A stretch of 64,000 bases of DNA from Squalus acanthias (taxonomy: Eukaryota), in assembly GCA_030390025.1 (NCBI GenBank), contig CM059432.1, positions 57,848,001 through 57,912,000 on the forward strand. Reading direction: 5' to 3'. Of this stretch, positions 25,855 to 37,437 are shown piece after piece. The stretch's first letter is position 1; every line of letters starts with the position of its first letter. The position numbers and the translations under genes were made by a program. A model generated the notes under the pieces. That model saw nothing but the letters and a program-made list of their open reading frames with translations, had not been told where the DNA came from and did no database searches.

Positions 25855-26342
25855 TTATGGCAAATCATTTTTTTCTGAGCCTTCGACCTGTGTCACCGCT
25901 TCAGGTACATTGGAAGTAAGTAATGTCCTTCTGTTGTAGTGTCCCTTAATTATGCCAGAGTTGTTATTTTCATTCAGAATTTGTTTTTGTTTTTGTCTGT
26001 TTAAAGACTGTACAAGTCCGAGGACAACAGCAGCTAATGAGTATTGACCGGTTAGCTTTCTTGGTTGCATGATAAGTGGATTTGGCTGAACTCTTCCCAG
26101 AAGAAAATATGTTTTAATCTTCCCTTCTTGTTCACTTATCCCTTTGACATATATTTCACCTCTGCACTCAAAGGCAAATCCTTTGTCCTTCAGGATAAGA
26201 TATGTATCTTCAGGCACTTGAATTTTGCCACTAATGCCTGTGCTATCCATGCGGCTTGCTAAGTTTACAGTTTTACCCCAGATATCGTATTGAGGCTTCT
26301 TAGCGCCAATAACCCCAGCAACGACTGAGCCATGGCTAATAC
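25855..26342 (-). CDS. ADCY8: Adenylyl cyclase 8 terminal coding exon (end of C2a plus C2b tail)
   Basis: tttcag|GT completes G, then [35 protein letters not shown]...[42 protein letters not shown]...KNDLP*. The C2b tail is diagnostic of AC8. Confidence 0.96.
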
Positions 26343-27391
26343 CTGAAAGTAAATGTGCATTACCAAGTAAATTATTAAATACTTGAATGCATTAACTCCT
26401 GCATAGATGTTATTTAATGTCATGGCAACATAATTACATTAATCACTAACCCCCACTCCCCACACACAATTTTCTCATCTTTTCTCCTAAAGATGCTGAC
26501 TTATGATGGAGTAAAACTTCACAGGAACTAGTAACCCTCCAAGAGCCTTATCAAAGTGGCTATTCTTCATGAGTCCAGATAGTGAGCATTGGCAGGCTAT
26601 CTAACCATGGAACACATTAGAGCTGAGCTCAATCTAGTGCTCACCTGATGTCCAGACACATGTACTTTCCAGCAGAGATCGATGAACAGTGATCATGAGT
26701 CAGAACCTTGGCTGATTTTTTTAGCCCCTTCTAAAGCTAGGCACTGAGTTCAATTACCGTTCCACTAAGATCAAGAAATTCAGCACAGCCCAGGGATCAA
26801 ACATAAAACATTCCTGGTCTGTATTGCTCAGTATCTCAGTGTGATACTGGGTGATGCCTGCACTTAGTAATCAGGGGAACTTATTAATTATTATTTAAAG
26901 AGAAAAGAGGGAACAATAAAACCATCATCTACAAATTTCTCACTCAGTAACATTCCCAAGGCACACTAAATATGGTTAAACTTAATATGAAAATAATAGG
27001 AGTTTGACAAAATGGAACCATTTTACTCAGAATCAATGATTTAATCTTTGTTCCAGAACATATGGTAAATGCCTTCAATCTATATATATCAACATATTGA
27101 TCTCAGAGCATAGAAAGAAATGAATTTAAATAATTTGTCGCACAACACATTCATTAATTTGAATTGATATTATTTTTGGAAACTATTCCAGTAATTAACG
27201 CAAAACCCTCTTAATTCTGACCAAAAAAAAATCAAAAGCACAATTTGCTTTTCAGGAATATCTTGCTATTGTCAAAAAGATATTTCATGAGTACATATTA
27301 TCTGCCACGATGTGTCACTGTAATGCTTTATAAATGACGGTGTAGGGTGGGAATAAGTATCAAATGTGTGAATGAACGATTAAAAAATATT

Positions 27392-28297
27392 GGCCTAGAA
27401 ATTGGGTGGTTTATCGCCACCCATTACCGCCATAATCGGGCAAAACAATGGTGGCCGCCAGCTGCCGGCTGATCCCACGGCGGCCACCATTTTTGGGTGG
27501 CCGGCAGCACTGCCGATAGCAGCGATCATGAAAATCATTGAAATGAAGCAGATCATGACGTCAATGAGTGTGCAACACTCACTTGACGCCCGATCTGCAA
27601 GTCTGGACTTCGCTACTCCACTTACTGCCATGCCTTAAGTACGACGAGCTGTGCAAGCGTTGACAAGCAAGAACGAGGCTCCAGCAGCGGTATTTAAAGG
27701 GATCATCAGCAATCACTTGCACCTGACATGTTTCTTCAGTTTGACTGGCTCTGTGAAACTTTTTGCAACTCCAGCAGTTTTATAAACTTATTGCAAGGTT
27801 CTAAGGTGACAGGGAGTGTTGGTGCATGTGGAGAAGGCCTTCATTATTATTTAAAGGCTTCTGCTCACACATGTGCTCACAGTCATGGGGGCTCTACTGG
27901 CAGTCCCCCTCGCGTGCTAGTATCTTCGGGAGAGGGAGCAGAGGCAGCAAAGAAGACGAGAAGATGCGCGCAGAAGGAGGAGGAGGAGAGCCAGAGGCCT
28001 TACCCACCTAGGGTCTTCCGAGAGCACTTCTCTTATAGCCACTTAAGCGAGGAGCAGTGTATTAGGAGGCTATGCTTCACCAAAGGATGTGGTCACAAAA
28101 CTCTGCCACCTCCCGTAACTAGACCTGCAGCCTGAGAGCAGGGCGAACCCAGTGGCAGTCAAGGTCTCCGTGGCCCTCAATTTCTTCGCCAGCAGATCCT
28201 TCCAGTCTGCAGCAGGAGCCATAGCTAACATTTCACAGTTCGCCGTCCATTGCTGCATTCATGAGGTCACTGAGGCTCTCTACACCAGAAGAAGGGA
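27392..28297 (+). mobile_element. Harbinger left arm with 5' third of a transposase pseudogene (relative of the 62281 element)
   Basis: End GGCCTAGAAATT; ATG at 27885 (MGALLAV); PYPPRVFREHFSY..VAVKVSVALNFFAS..ISQFAVHCCIHEVTEALY. Homology stops at about 28298. Confidence 0.85.
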
Positions 28298-31200
28298 CGG
28301 CAGGAAGAGGCCTCCCCAGCAGACAAAGGCAGCATAGCTGCAGATATCGCAGGAGGTTATGGGGCTGTCAGTGGTGGTTCGCACCTGGGTGCAGTGCCGT
28401 AAGAGGTTCAATGATCTAGTAAGATCAGGAAAAGTGAATATTAAGCCACAATTACCTTGATGCTGCTGTGCGTCTCATCACATTTGCATCACTCTACATT
28501 GCCACCCCTACTCCTGCACAATGCTACACAGCCCAACATCTCTTGTACCTTCATCCATCCCTCTAACTCTATCTACATTTTCAGGTCACCATCTTACTAT
28601 GCAGCCCTCACACTGAGCCTCATCGTTATGCAATGACAGCAACTAACAACACAAAAGGAGGCAACTTGGTATTGCCAACCCACTCCATCAAATAGTCAGT
28701 GTAAAGCTCTATGCCATTCCATTCCTTACACTCATTCCATCACTCTCACTGAACCTTCTCTTCTTTCCCTCCTTGGAGGAAAAGATAGCCCACAATAAGA
28801 GGGAGAGAACGGGAGGAGGGCCTCCACAAACCATGTCATATCTGATGAGTGCAGAGGAGGCAGCACTGGAGATCGCTGGAGTGGTGGACGTTCCGGAAGT
28901 GGGGGACGGAGAGAGGGGCTCAGTAGAAGAAGCTGGTGACAGAATGAATTTCCATGCAATTGCATGCCTTTCATCATTGCTTCATATGGGGTGTGATGTC
29001 AAGACAAGATGAATGCTCATCATGTGGATAATGGTATGTGTCTGAAGTAGACATCCTGTATATCTAACTGATGTCTTCACTCCCGCCGGTCCACCAAGAG
29101 CCCCCCCCCCACTTTCTAGGAGCAACAGCAAGACTCCTCCTCAGAGGAGCTTCCTGCCTCTGAGGGCGCAGCGTCACCTCAGACAATGCAACCCAGCACA
29201 GGCGCAGAGTCGCACACATTGGTGGATATGTCGCGAGATAAAGTACTGTTGTCACCAGGTGTCTCACAGATCACAACTGTGCAGCAGCAGATGGTGGAGA
29301 CATTGAAAGCAGTGAAGACTCCTCATTGGAGGGCACAGGAGTCTCCTAGTTCTGCTCAGCTGCATGCAGACGCTGAGCCTTGGGGGCCATCCAGGAAGAG
29401 GGCGATCCTGGAGCTGCAGGAACAAGTGCAGGAGGCTCCGACTGGTTTTGCGACCACAGTGACTGCGAGTGTGCAGAGAATTGAGGAGACCATCTCCAGC
29501 ATGAGTAACACCGTGGCGCACTCACTGGCAACTATACCTTCCTCCATGGATAGGATGGCCAACTGCATGGAGGAGACATGACGCCAGTCGCATGAGAACA
29601 TGGTTTCTCTTCAAAATAGATGCTCATCTATGGAGGAGAGATGGGCATCTATGGAGGAGAGAAACCAGAGGCTCATAGACGTCCTTTGTAGGAGGGATGT
29701 CAGTATAGAGGTGGGCCCTCATGGCCCCACTGAAGTGCAGCAAGGTGCTCTCCAGCTACTTGCTTGCAGGGAAGTGCAGGTGGCCCATGAGAGGGATGAT
29801 TGTGGGAGGGGACATGGAAGTGGGGGCTCCACTCCAAGCGCTCTGACTTCCACCCCTTTGCCAACCCCTCGGTCAGAGCCCCAGATGCCTCCCTCAGTGA
29901 TGGCCGAGTCTGCGCATGGACAGGCGCAGGAGGAGCAGACTTTGGCAGAGCCATCAGTGGCTCCAAAACCCAGAGGATGACCGCCAAAGGCATCTAAGCA
30001 AGCGCAGCACGGAAATGAGGAGGCTGGCTGCCTCTACCTCTGCTGAAGCCGTAGGGGTAGTAGAAGCACTCGCAAAAGAAAGATCCCACACAAATAGTCA
30101 CAAGGGTAGTCACTTAGGTGTGTCTTTCTTTATCAATGTCATGTTAGTATTCTATGAAGTGCTGTTAATAAATCATCTAATTGTCACACATGGAGGTCGT
30201 TGGCAAATTTGTGAGATGAAATGGAAGTGGCAGAGTGAGGGGTCAGGAGTCATTTCACACCCAGCAATGGTGGTAAGAGTCAAAACAAGGGATGAATCAT
30301 TGTTTGAATCCTGCATGGTGTTGGTGTTGGGTGATGCAAACCTGCGCACGTAGGTGGCAGCCACATGTATGAGCTGCTGGTGCGTACTGAAGGGCTCCTC
30401 TAGATCTGTCGAGGCATCTGAAGCACATTTTGAGCAAGCCTGTTGTCTGCTCGATGACACTTCTCGTGGAGATGTGGCTTTGATTATAACGTCCCTCAGG
30501 CTCATTTGTTGGCCTCCTCAAAAGTGTCATGAGCCACATCTTCAGGGGCTAGCCCTTGTCTCCAAGCAGCCAGCCGCCAAGACTGTTTGGCGGTGCGAAG
30601 AACTGAGGGACGGTGAATGGCACAGAATGTACAAGTCATGGCAGCTGCCAGGGAACTTGGCGCACACATGGATGATAATCCTCCTATGGTTGCAGACCAG
30701 CTGAACGTTAAGGGAGTGGAAGCCCTTGCGGTTTACAAATGCTGCTGGGTCTGATGAGGTGCCCTGATGGCCACATGTGTGCAGTCGATGACTCCCTGCA
30801 CCCGTGGGAAGCCAGCTAGAGCGGCAAAGCCAAGTGCACGTTCATTGACAGTGGCTTCATCAGTGGCAAAATGAATATAATTTGCGGACTTGTTAAAGAG
30901 GGCATCGGTGTGCGGCCGACTGCGAGATGACACAAAGGTCTGCTGCAGATGCCTGGAAGGAGCCTGAGGCGAAGAAGTTGAGGGCAAGGGTGAGTCTGAC
31001 AGCCACTGGTAAGGAGTGTCCACCCCTCCCTCTGGGCTGCAGGTCTTGCTCCAGCAATCTGCAAATGTCGGCGACGACCTGGCGCGATAGCCTGAGCCTC
31101 CTTTGGCACGGCTGCTCCGTCATGTTGAGGAAGCTCATCCTCTGCCTGTATACCCTGTTTTGGGGGTATGGCCTCCGACACGGTGCAGCCCTGCGCTGAT

Positions 31201-31901
31201 GCCCTATGCCCTGTGCAGCATTAGGTGATTGAGGAGAAGGTTGGCGCTCTTGTTGTTGCTGCTGCTGCTGGCGGGGCTCATTCTGCTGCTGCTGCGGCTG
31301 ATCATCATCAGATTCAGAGGACCAAGGTGACAGAGCATAAATCGTGCCCATTCTGATGATTCATATGGCAGGTGAAGATCAGATGACAAAATCAATCTAT
31401 CAAGGGTTAGATGTAATGTTGCAAGGAGGTGACAGTGAATAGAGAGTTTACTGCAAACACTTCCCAAATGCATAAAGCTTAAAAATCTGTTCCAAATACT
31501 GAAGGCTGAAGCTTCTGAGATTGGAAAGTGACCAGCTGTAAAATGGTAGGTTTTAAACCACTTTTGCAGCTGTCACCTATTGAAAGAAATGGAGAGTTGT
31601 TCAGAACCCGACATACTTACCTGGCATGAACCCCGAGCGACGGCAACTTCGTAGAAAACTTGGGAAAATGCTTTGCGCCTGGTAAAATGGTGAGTAAATT
31701 GGTTTAAACACCCTCTTCACTAGCACAACTGCATGACCCGCCACTTAGTGCCGTGTCTACAAAGCGCAGGTAGAACCGGCACTAGAGAAACTCACAAGGA
31801 GGCGGGTTTGGAGCGGGATACCGCCCCGCTGTCAATCTTTTGGATTCTGACAGCGCACCTGCCTCTGAACCCGCCCTCTGAGCGCTGGCAAAATTCAGCC
31901 C
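28296..31901. mobile_element. Two-gene Harbinger, left end missing: Myb/SANT gene (+) convergent with a transposase pseudogene (-)
   Basis: Myb exons at about 28296-28433, 28779-28935 and about 29088-30097. Transposase ATG at 31351 ([20 protein letters not shown]). Right TIR GGCAAAATTCAGCCC. Confidence 0.88.
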
Positions 31902-34900
31902 TACTTGTGCGGAGTGTGGATACAGCTTTTTTCAACCTTGGAGTATTTCAAAGAGACAAGATCAGGATGGGAGGCGTGTTGGATGTGTTTGACAGCACAT
32001 CAGAAGAGGAAGGCCATCATCATCCACGGCAGTGACGACGTGCTGTGGTAGGATCAGCATGTGTACAGGAGAGGGGTGCACAGGAGAGGGGTGCACAGGA
32101 GAGGGGCCGAGGTCGCAGGAGGCACGACCCACGTCACAGGACTTACACCGGCTCAGTTTCCTTGACCTCTCGGAAGAGCAATACTTCTGCAGCCTGAGGT
32201 TATCACGTCAGGTGGTGGCGGATCATGCAGGAGGACCTGTTCACTGCTGGACCTGGTAGCTACGCATTATCAGTAGCTGTGAAAGTGACCAGCGCCCTCA
32301 ACTTTTTCACCTTCCGTTCCTTCCAGGGCGCTACTGGAGACATATCCAGGATCTTCTAGTCGGCTGCGTATAAATGCATAAGGCAGGTTACTGATGGATT
32401 GTTTGCCAGGGCCTACAGTTATGTAAATTTACCCTGTGATGACAATAGCCAGGATTCTCCTCTCTGGCTGGATTCCCACAGGTACAGGGTGCCATTGACT
32501 GCACACACGTGGCAATCCGAGCACCGCCACAGCAACCAGGATTTTTTATAAACTGCAAGGGATATTCATTCATCAATGCGCAGCTGGTGTGCAACCACAA
32601 GAAGAGGTTCATGCAGGTGTACGCCAGATTCCCTGGGAGCTGTCATAATGCCTTCATACTGCGGCAGTCCAACATTCCAGATCTTTTCATTCCAGGAAGC
32701 AGACTTAAGGGCTAGCTTGTAGGAGATGAGATGCCTCCTTCAAACTTGGCTCATGACACCTGTGAGGAACCCCAACAATGAGGTGCAGGAGTGCTACTGC
32801 CAGAGCCACATGACCACCAGGTGTGTCATCGAGCAAGCCATTGGAATGTTCAAGATGCACTTCAGGTGCCTAGATAGGACTGGAGGCACCCTTCAGTACT
32901 CACCATCGAGAGTCTCCAGAATGATAGAGGTGAGCTGCGTCCTGCACAACATTGCGCAGCAGAGATGATTGCAGGTGGAGGAGGACAAAGGGGCTCATCT
33001 TTGGATGAGGAGAACATAGAGGAGGAGCAGGGCGGAGGAGGAGGATGAAGATGGGGCACCCATCGCCAGACCAGCCACTTACATTGCTGCCAGGGATGCC
33101 CTAATATTGCAAAGGTTCACCTAGTGTGAAACCTAGTAAGAAATGAAATCCTACGGTCCGCTCCCACCACCAGGATCACCACCCCCACTTTGCACTAAAT
33201 AGTCCTTCAACCATTCATCCACCCATTGCACATCCGTCCATTGGGTCCCGTCATGTATTGACATTCATCATGAAGCAAGTGAAAGTGCGAATTGGCACTT
33301 GGGAGGCAATAATGGGCAAGATGTGAAAATGGTGCTAATCAATGAATTTTATGTGGCATTATATTAAAAAAAGGAAACTTAACAACATAACAATTTGTCA
33401 ACACCCATGTGTATACTCTTGGTGAATTACAATTTCTTGACCTTGCGCTTCCTACCTCTTCTATGTGGAGCATCCTGGGTGGCTTCAGTAGAGGTAGAGA
33501 CAGGCTGCTCAGATCCCTGCCCTGACTGCTTTTGGTCTGTGCTCTCTGGGTTTTGGAGCCCCTGAAGGCCCCACCAAAGACGGGAGATGTGGCAGCATGT
33601 CGGGTACTGGCTGAGGCGGAGGCAATGGGTGAGAAATGAGAGCGCTTTGAGTGGAGTTCCCACTTCCATGTTCCCTTTCGCCGTCATCCCTCTCCTGGGC
33701 CAGCGCCACATCACTCCTACCACTCTGCTGCACACCAGCTTGGTGGAGATCAGTGACGCGTTGTAAGGCCACGGTATCTGTCATCCTGTTTAGGGCAGCA
33801 AATATCTGCACAGCCGTGGTCATGGTCAAATGAACTAATTTGAGAGCTGTGCTTGAAGCTCCATGGAGGTGGCCACTTGCTCCATGGCAGACATTCTCAC
33901 AATTCACTGCGCCACCAATCCACTAGCGATCGAGTTGGACTCCTCCATCCTCTCCGCTATTGTGGAGCGTGTGTGCGTCGCATGTCTGTCAGTATCTGGC
34001 TAAGTTGCTGATGCACCTGTAGCATTTTCCTTCTCAACGATAGCCCCCCGTGTTCAGCATCTGTGTCCAGCTGAGCAGAGCTTGGAGAGGATTGTGCCCC
34101 TGACGTGGATTCTCCATAGCTGTCCGTCACCAGTGTCTGCTCATGCTCACTTGAGGTGTGAATCTCCAGGTGAAAACCCAACTAACTGTCTAATTGGACC
34201 CAACAAAGTGTGAGTATCTGCGCTGGTGCATGGCTGTACGTCTTGTGATGGTGCACCCCAGAAGGAATGAGGTCCTCTGAGGAATTGCCATCATGGATGT
34301 CCTGCGCCATTTGCTGTATGGGTGAAGGCCCTGGAAGACAAAAGAAAGGGATATGATTTAGTTGTGGCAAAGTCACAATCTTGACAATCACCATATTCAG
34401 TCTTCTCATCGTTCAGACATTGACGAAATAAAGTCAGAATATGTGTGTCAGAGATATTTGTAATTCTGTCACCAGCTGTCTCCGAGCTCCCTGTCTCGCC
34501 ATCTCCAACTGAGAGGGACGCAGATGTGCCACTTAGCTCCAGGACCTCCTCCTCTGCATCAGTGAACTGGTCTATATGTGGTGGCCCACCTCCAGTCCTC
34601 TCCCTCTGCCTTGCATTTTGCGTTCTCTTCTCCTACAAGGGGTGAAAAAACAGACCTGTGAGTGAAGGTCAGGTATTACTCGGGGGATGCATTGCATTTG
34701 GTGAGGGTGACTATGAGACAGATGCATCACATTGCATAAGGATTGGGGTGAGTGGCAATGCTTGATGGATAAATGGGGAGGTGATGAAGTGCTTAGAAAG
34801 TGAGGGCTGGGTGCCGCTGAAATTTGAGTGGGTGCGAAGTGTGATGTGATGGAGTATGCTTAGCAAGACAGTGGGGAGGGCGGGATGGGAGGGAGCGGCT

Positions 34901-35423
34901 TAAAGCACAGGATGTAGTTGAATCAGCAAATGTACTCACTTTTCTTGACCTGGTTAGGTCATTAAACCGCTTCCTACATTGCATCCAAGACCAGGGCACA
35001 ACGCTGCTGCTGCTCACCTCTTCAGCTACCTCCAACCATACCTTCTTGGTGAGAGCAGCAGGTTCCTTCCTCCCATTGCTGGGGAAAGGTATGTCTCTCC
35101 TGCTCCTGACTGCACCCTGCAGTAATTCCAGTGATACGTCATTGAATCTGGGTGCTGCCCTTGCTGCATGTCCACCATCCATCCTGAACTCCTCCAATTT
35201 CCATTCGTGCATTGTCGCTTTAAATACAACTGAGATTAGCGTCATGCAGGTGCGCATCATGCCCGCTGTGCAGCTTGGGGACGTGAAACCCGGAAGTTAA
35301 AATTAATTGGTATTATTGAGTTTAGATTGCAGATTCTGACCCGCTGCTTTGACTTCCGGGTTTTGCTCATGCAATTCCACCCCTTCACCGCTCGGAAACC
35401 GCTTTCATATTAATATCGGGGCC
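31902..35423. mobile_element. Second two-gene Harbinger: transposase pseudogene (+, 31967-33124) convergent with a 3-exon Myb gene (-)
   Basis: Transposase has GAIDCTHV, FPGSCHNAFIL, RCVIEQAIG and ends AARDALILQRFT*. Myb exons at about 35182-34940, 34632-34473 and 34330-33427. Terminus AATATCGGGGCC. Confidence 0.88.
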
Positions 35424-35677
35424 GATATATCAGGTAAGTACATAAGAACATAACATAAGACAGCAACTTCACGCCATTCCATTTATTTCAATGGTGAGTC
35501 TCGGTGAGATACCATTCTCGCACAGCTTTTGGAGGAGCAGGGCATCTCGGACAGTAACTTCCAGATTTATGTATTTAACTACACATGTGCGGTCACTGGA
35601 AGTTGCTGTCCGATTTACACGTTAATAAGAGTGAGCCTTGTTGGCCTCACTGTTGGTTCTATCAGAAAATCCGGCCC
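35424..35677 (-). mobile_element. One end of a MITE related to 41421-42165
   Basis: 35560-35677 resembles the reverse complement of 41421-41540 and ends GAAAATCCGGCCC. Confidence 0.65.
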
Positions 35678-37437
35678 ATTAAGTTGCTCATTGTCGCGGC
35701 GATAATGGAGACCTGGCTCAAAAAAAGGCAGGATTGGGTACTAAATATTCCCAGATATAAGGTGTTCAGGAAAGATAGGGAAGGAAAGAAAGGAGGTGGG
35801 GTTGCAGTATTGATTAAGGAGAATATTACAGTGCTGGAGTGAGAGGTTGTCCTGGAGGGGTCAAGGACAGAATCTATTTGGTTAAAGTTAAGAAACAATA
35901 GAGGTACTATTACACTACCAGGTGTATTCTATAGGCCACCAACTAGTGGGAAGGATATAGAGGAGCAAATTTGCAGGGAAATTACAGAGAGGTGCAAGAA
36001 CTATAGAGTAGTGATAATGGGGGACTTCAATTATCCTAATATAGACTGGGATAGTAATAGTATAAAGGGCAGAGAGGGGGAAGAATTTCTGAAGTGTGTT
36101 CGGGAGAACTTTGTTTCCGCCCAACAAGAAAGGAGGCATTGCTGGATCTGGTTCTGGGGAATGAGGTGGAGCAAGTGTCAGGAGGGGAACATTTAGGGAA
36201 CAGTGATCATAGTATCAAAAGGTTTAGATTAGCTACGGAAAAGGTTAAGGAGAAATCTAGAGTAAAAATACTTAATTGGTGGAGGGCTGATTTCAGTGGG
36301 TTGAGAACAGATCTGGCCCGGGTAAAATGGAATCAAAGATTGGCAGGCAAAACTGTAATCGAACAATGGGTTGCCTTTAAAGAGGAGGCAGAGGGCATGG
36401 CTGAGGTACTAAATGAGTACTTTGCATCTGTTTTTACCAAGGAAGAAGATGCTGCCAAAGTCGTAGTGAAAGAGGAGGTAGTTGAGATACTGGATGGGCT
36501 AAAAATTGATAAAGAGGTACTAGAAAGGCTGGCTATGCTTAAAGTAGATTAGTCACCAGGACCGGATGGGCTGCATCCTAGGATGCTGAGGGAAGTTAAG
36601 GTGGAAATTGTGGAGGTACTGACCATAATCTTCCAATCCTCCTTCGAACGGGGTGGTGCCAGAGGACTGGAGAATTGCAAATGTTACGCCCTTGTTCAAA
36701 AAAGGGTGTAAGGATAAACCCAGCAACTACAGGCCAGTCAGTTTAACCTCAGTGGTGGGGAAGCTTTTAGAAATGATAATCCAGAACAAAATTAACAGTC
36801 ACTTGGACAAGTGTGGATTAATTAAGGAAAGCCAGCATGGATTTGTTAAAGGCAAATTGTGTTTAACTAACTTGATTCAGTTTTTCATTTGGTAACAGAA
36901 AGGGTTGATGAGGGCAATGTGGTTGATGTGGTGTACATGGACTTCCAAAAGGCGTTTGATAAAGTGCCACATAATAGGTTTGCCAGCAAAGTTGAAGTAG
37001 TGGTGAATGGTTGTTTATCAGACTGGAGGAAGGTATACAGTGGTGTTCCCCAGGGGTCAGTACTAGGACCACTGCTTTTCTTGATATATATTAATGACTT
37101 GGACTTGGGTGTACAGGGCACAATTTCAAAATTTGCAGATGACACAAAACTTGGAAGTATAGTGAACAGTGAGGAGGATAGTGATAGACTTCAGGAGGAC
37201 ATAGACAGGCTGGTGGAATGGGCGGACAATGGCAGATGAAATTTAATGCAGAAAAGTGCGAAGTTTGGCCAAAAGAATGAGGAGAGGCAATATAAACTAA
37301 AGGGTACAATTTTAAAGTGGGTGCAGGAACAGAGATACCTGGGGGTATATGTGCACAAATCGTTGAAGGTGGCAGGGCAGGTTGAGAAAGCGGTTAAAAA
37401 AGCATATGGGATCCTGGGCTTTATAAATAGAGGCTCG

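Noticed and set aside
32065..32106. Short direct-repeat array (ACAGGAGAGGGGTGC, about 3 copies)
   Set aside because: A slippage repeat with no spacers inside a transposase pseudogene; not CRISPR-like.
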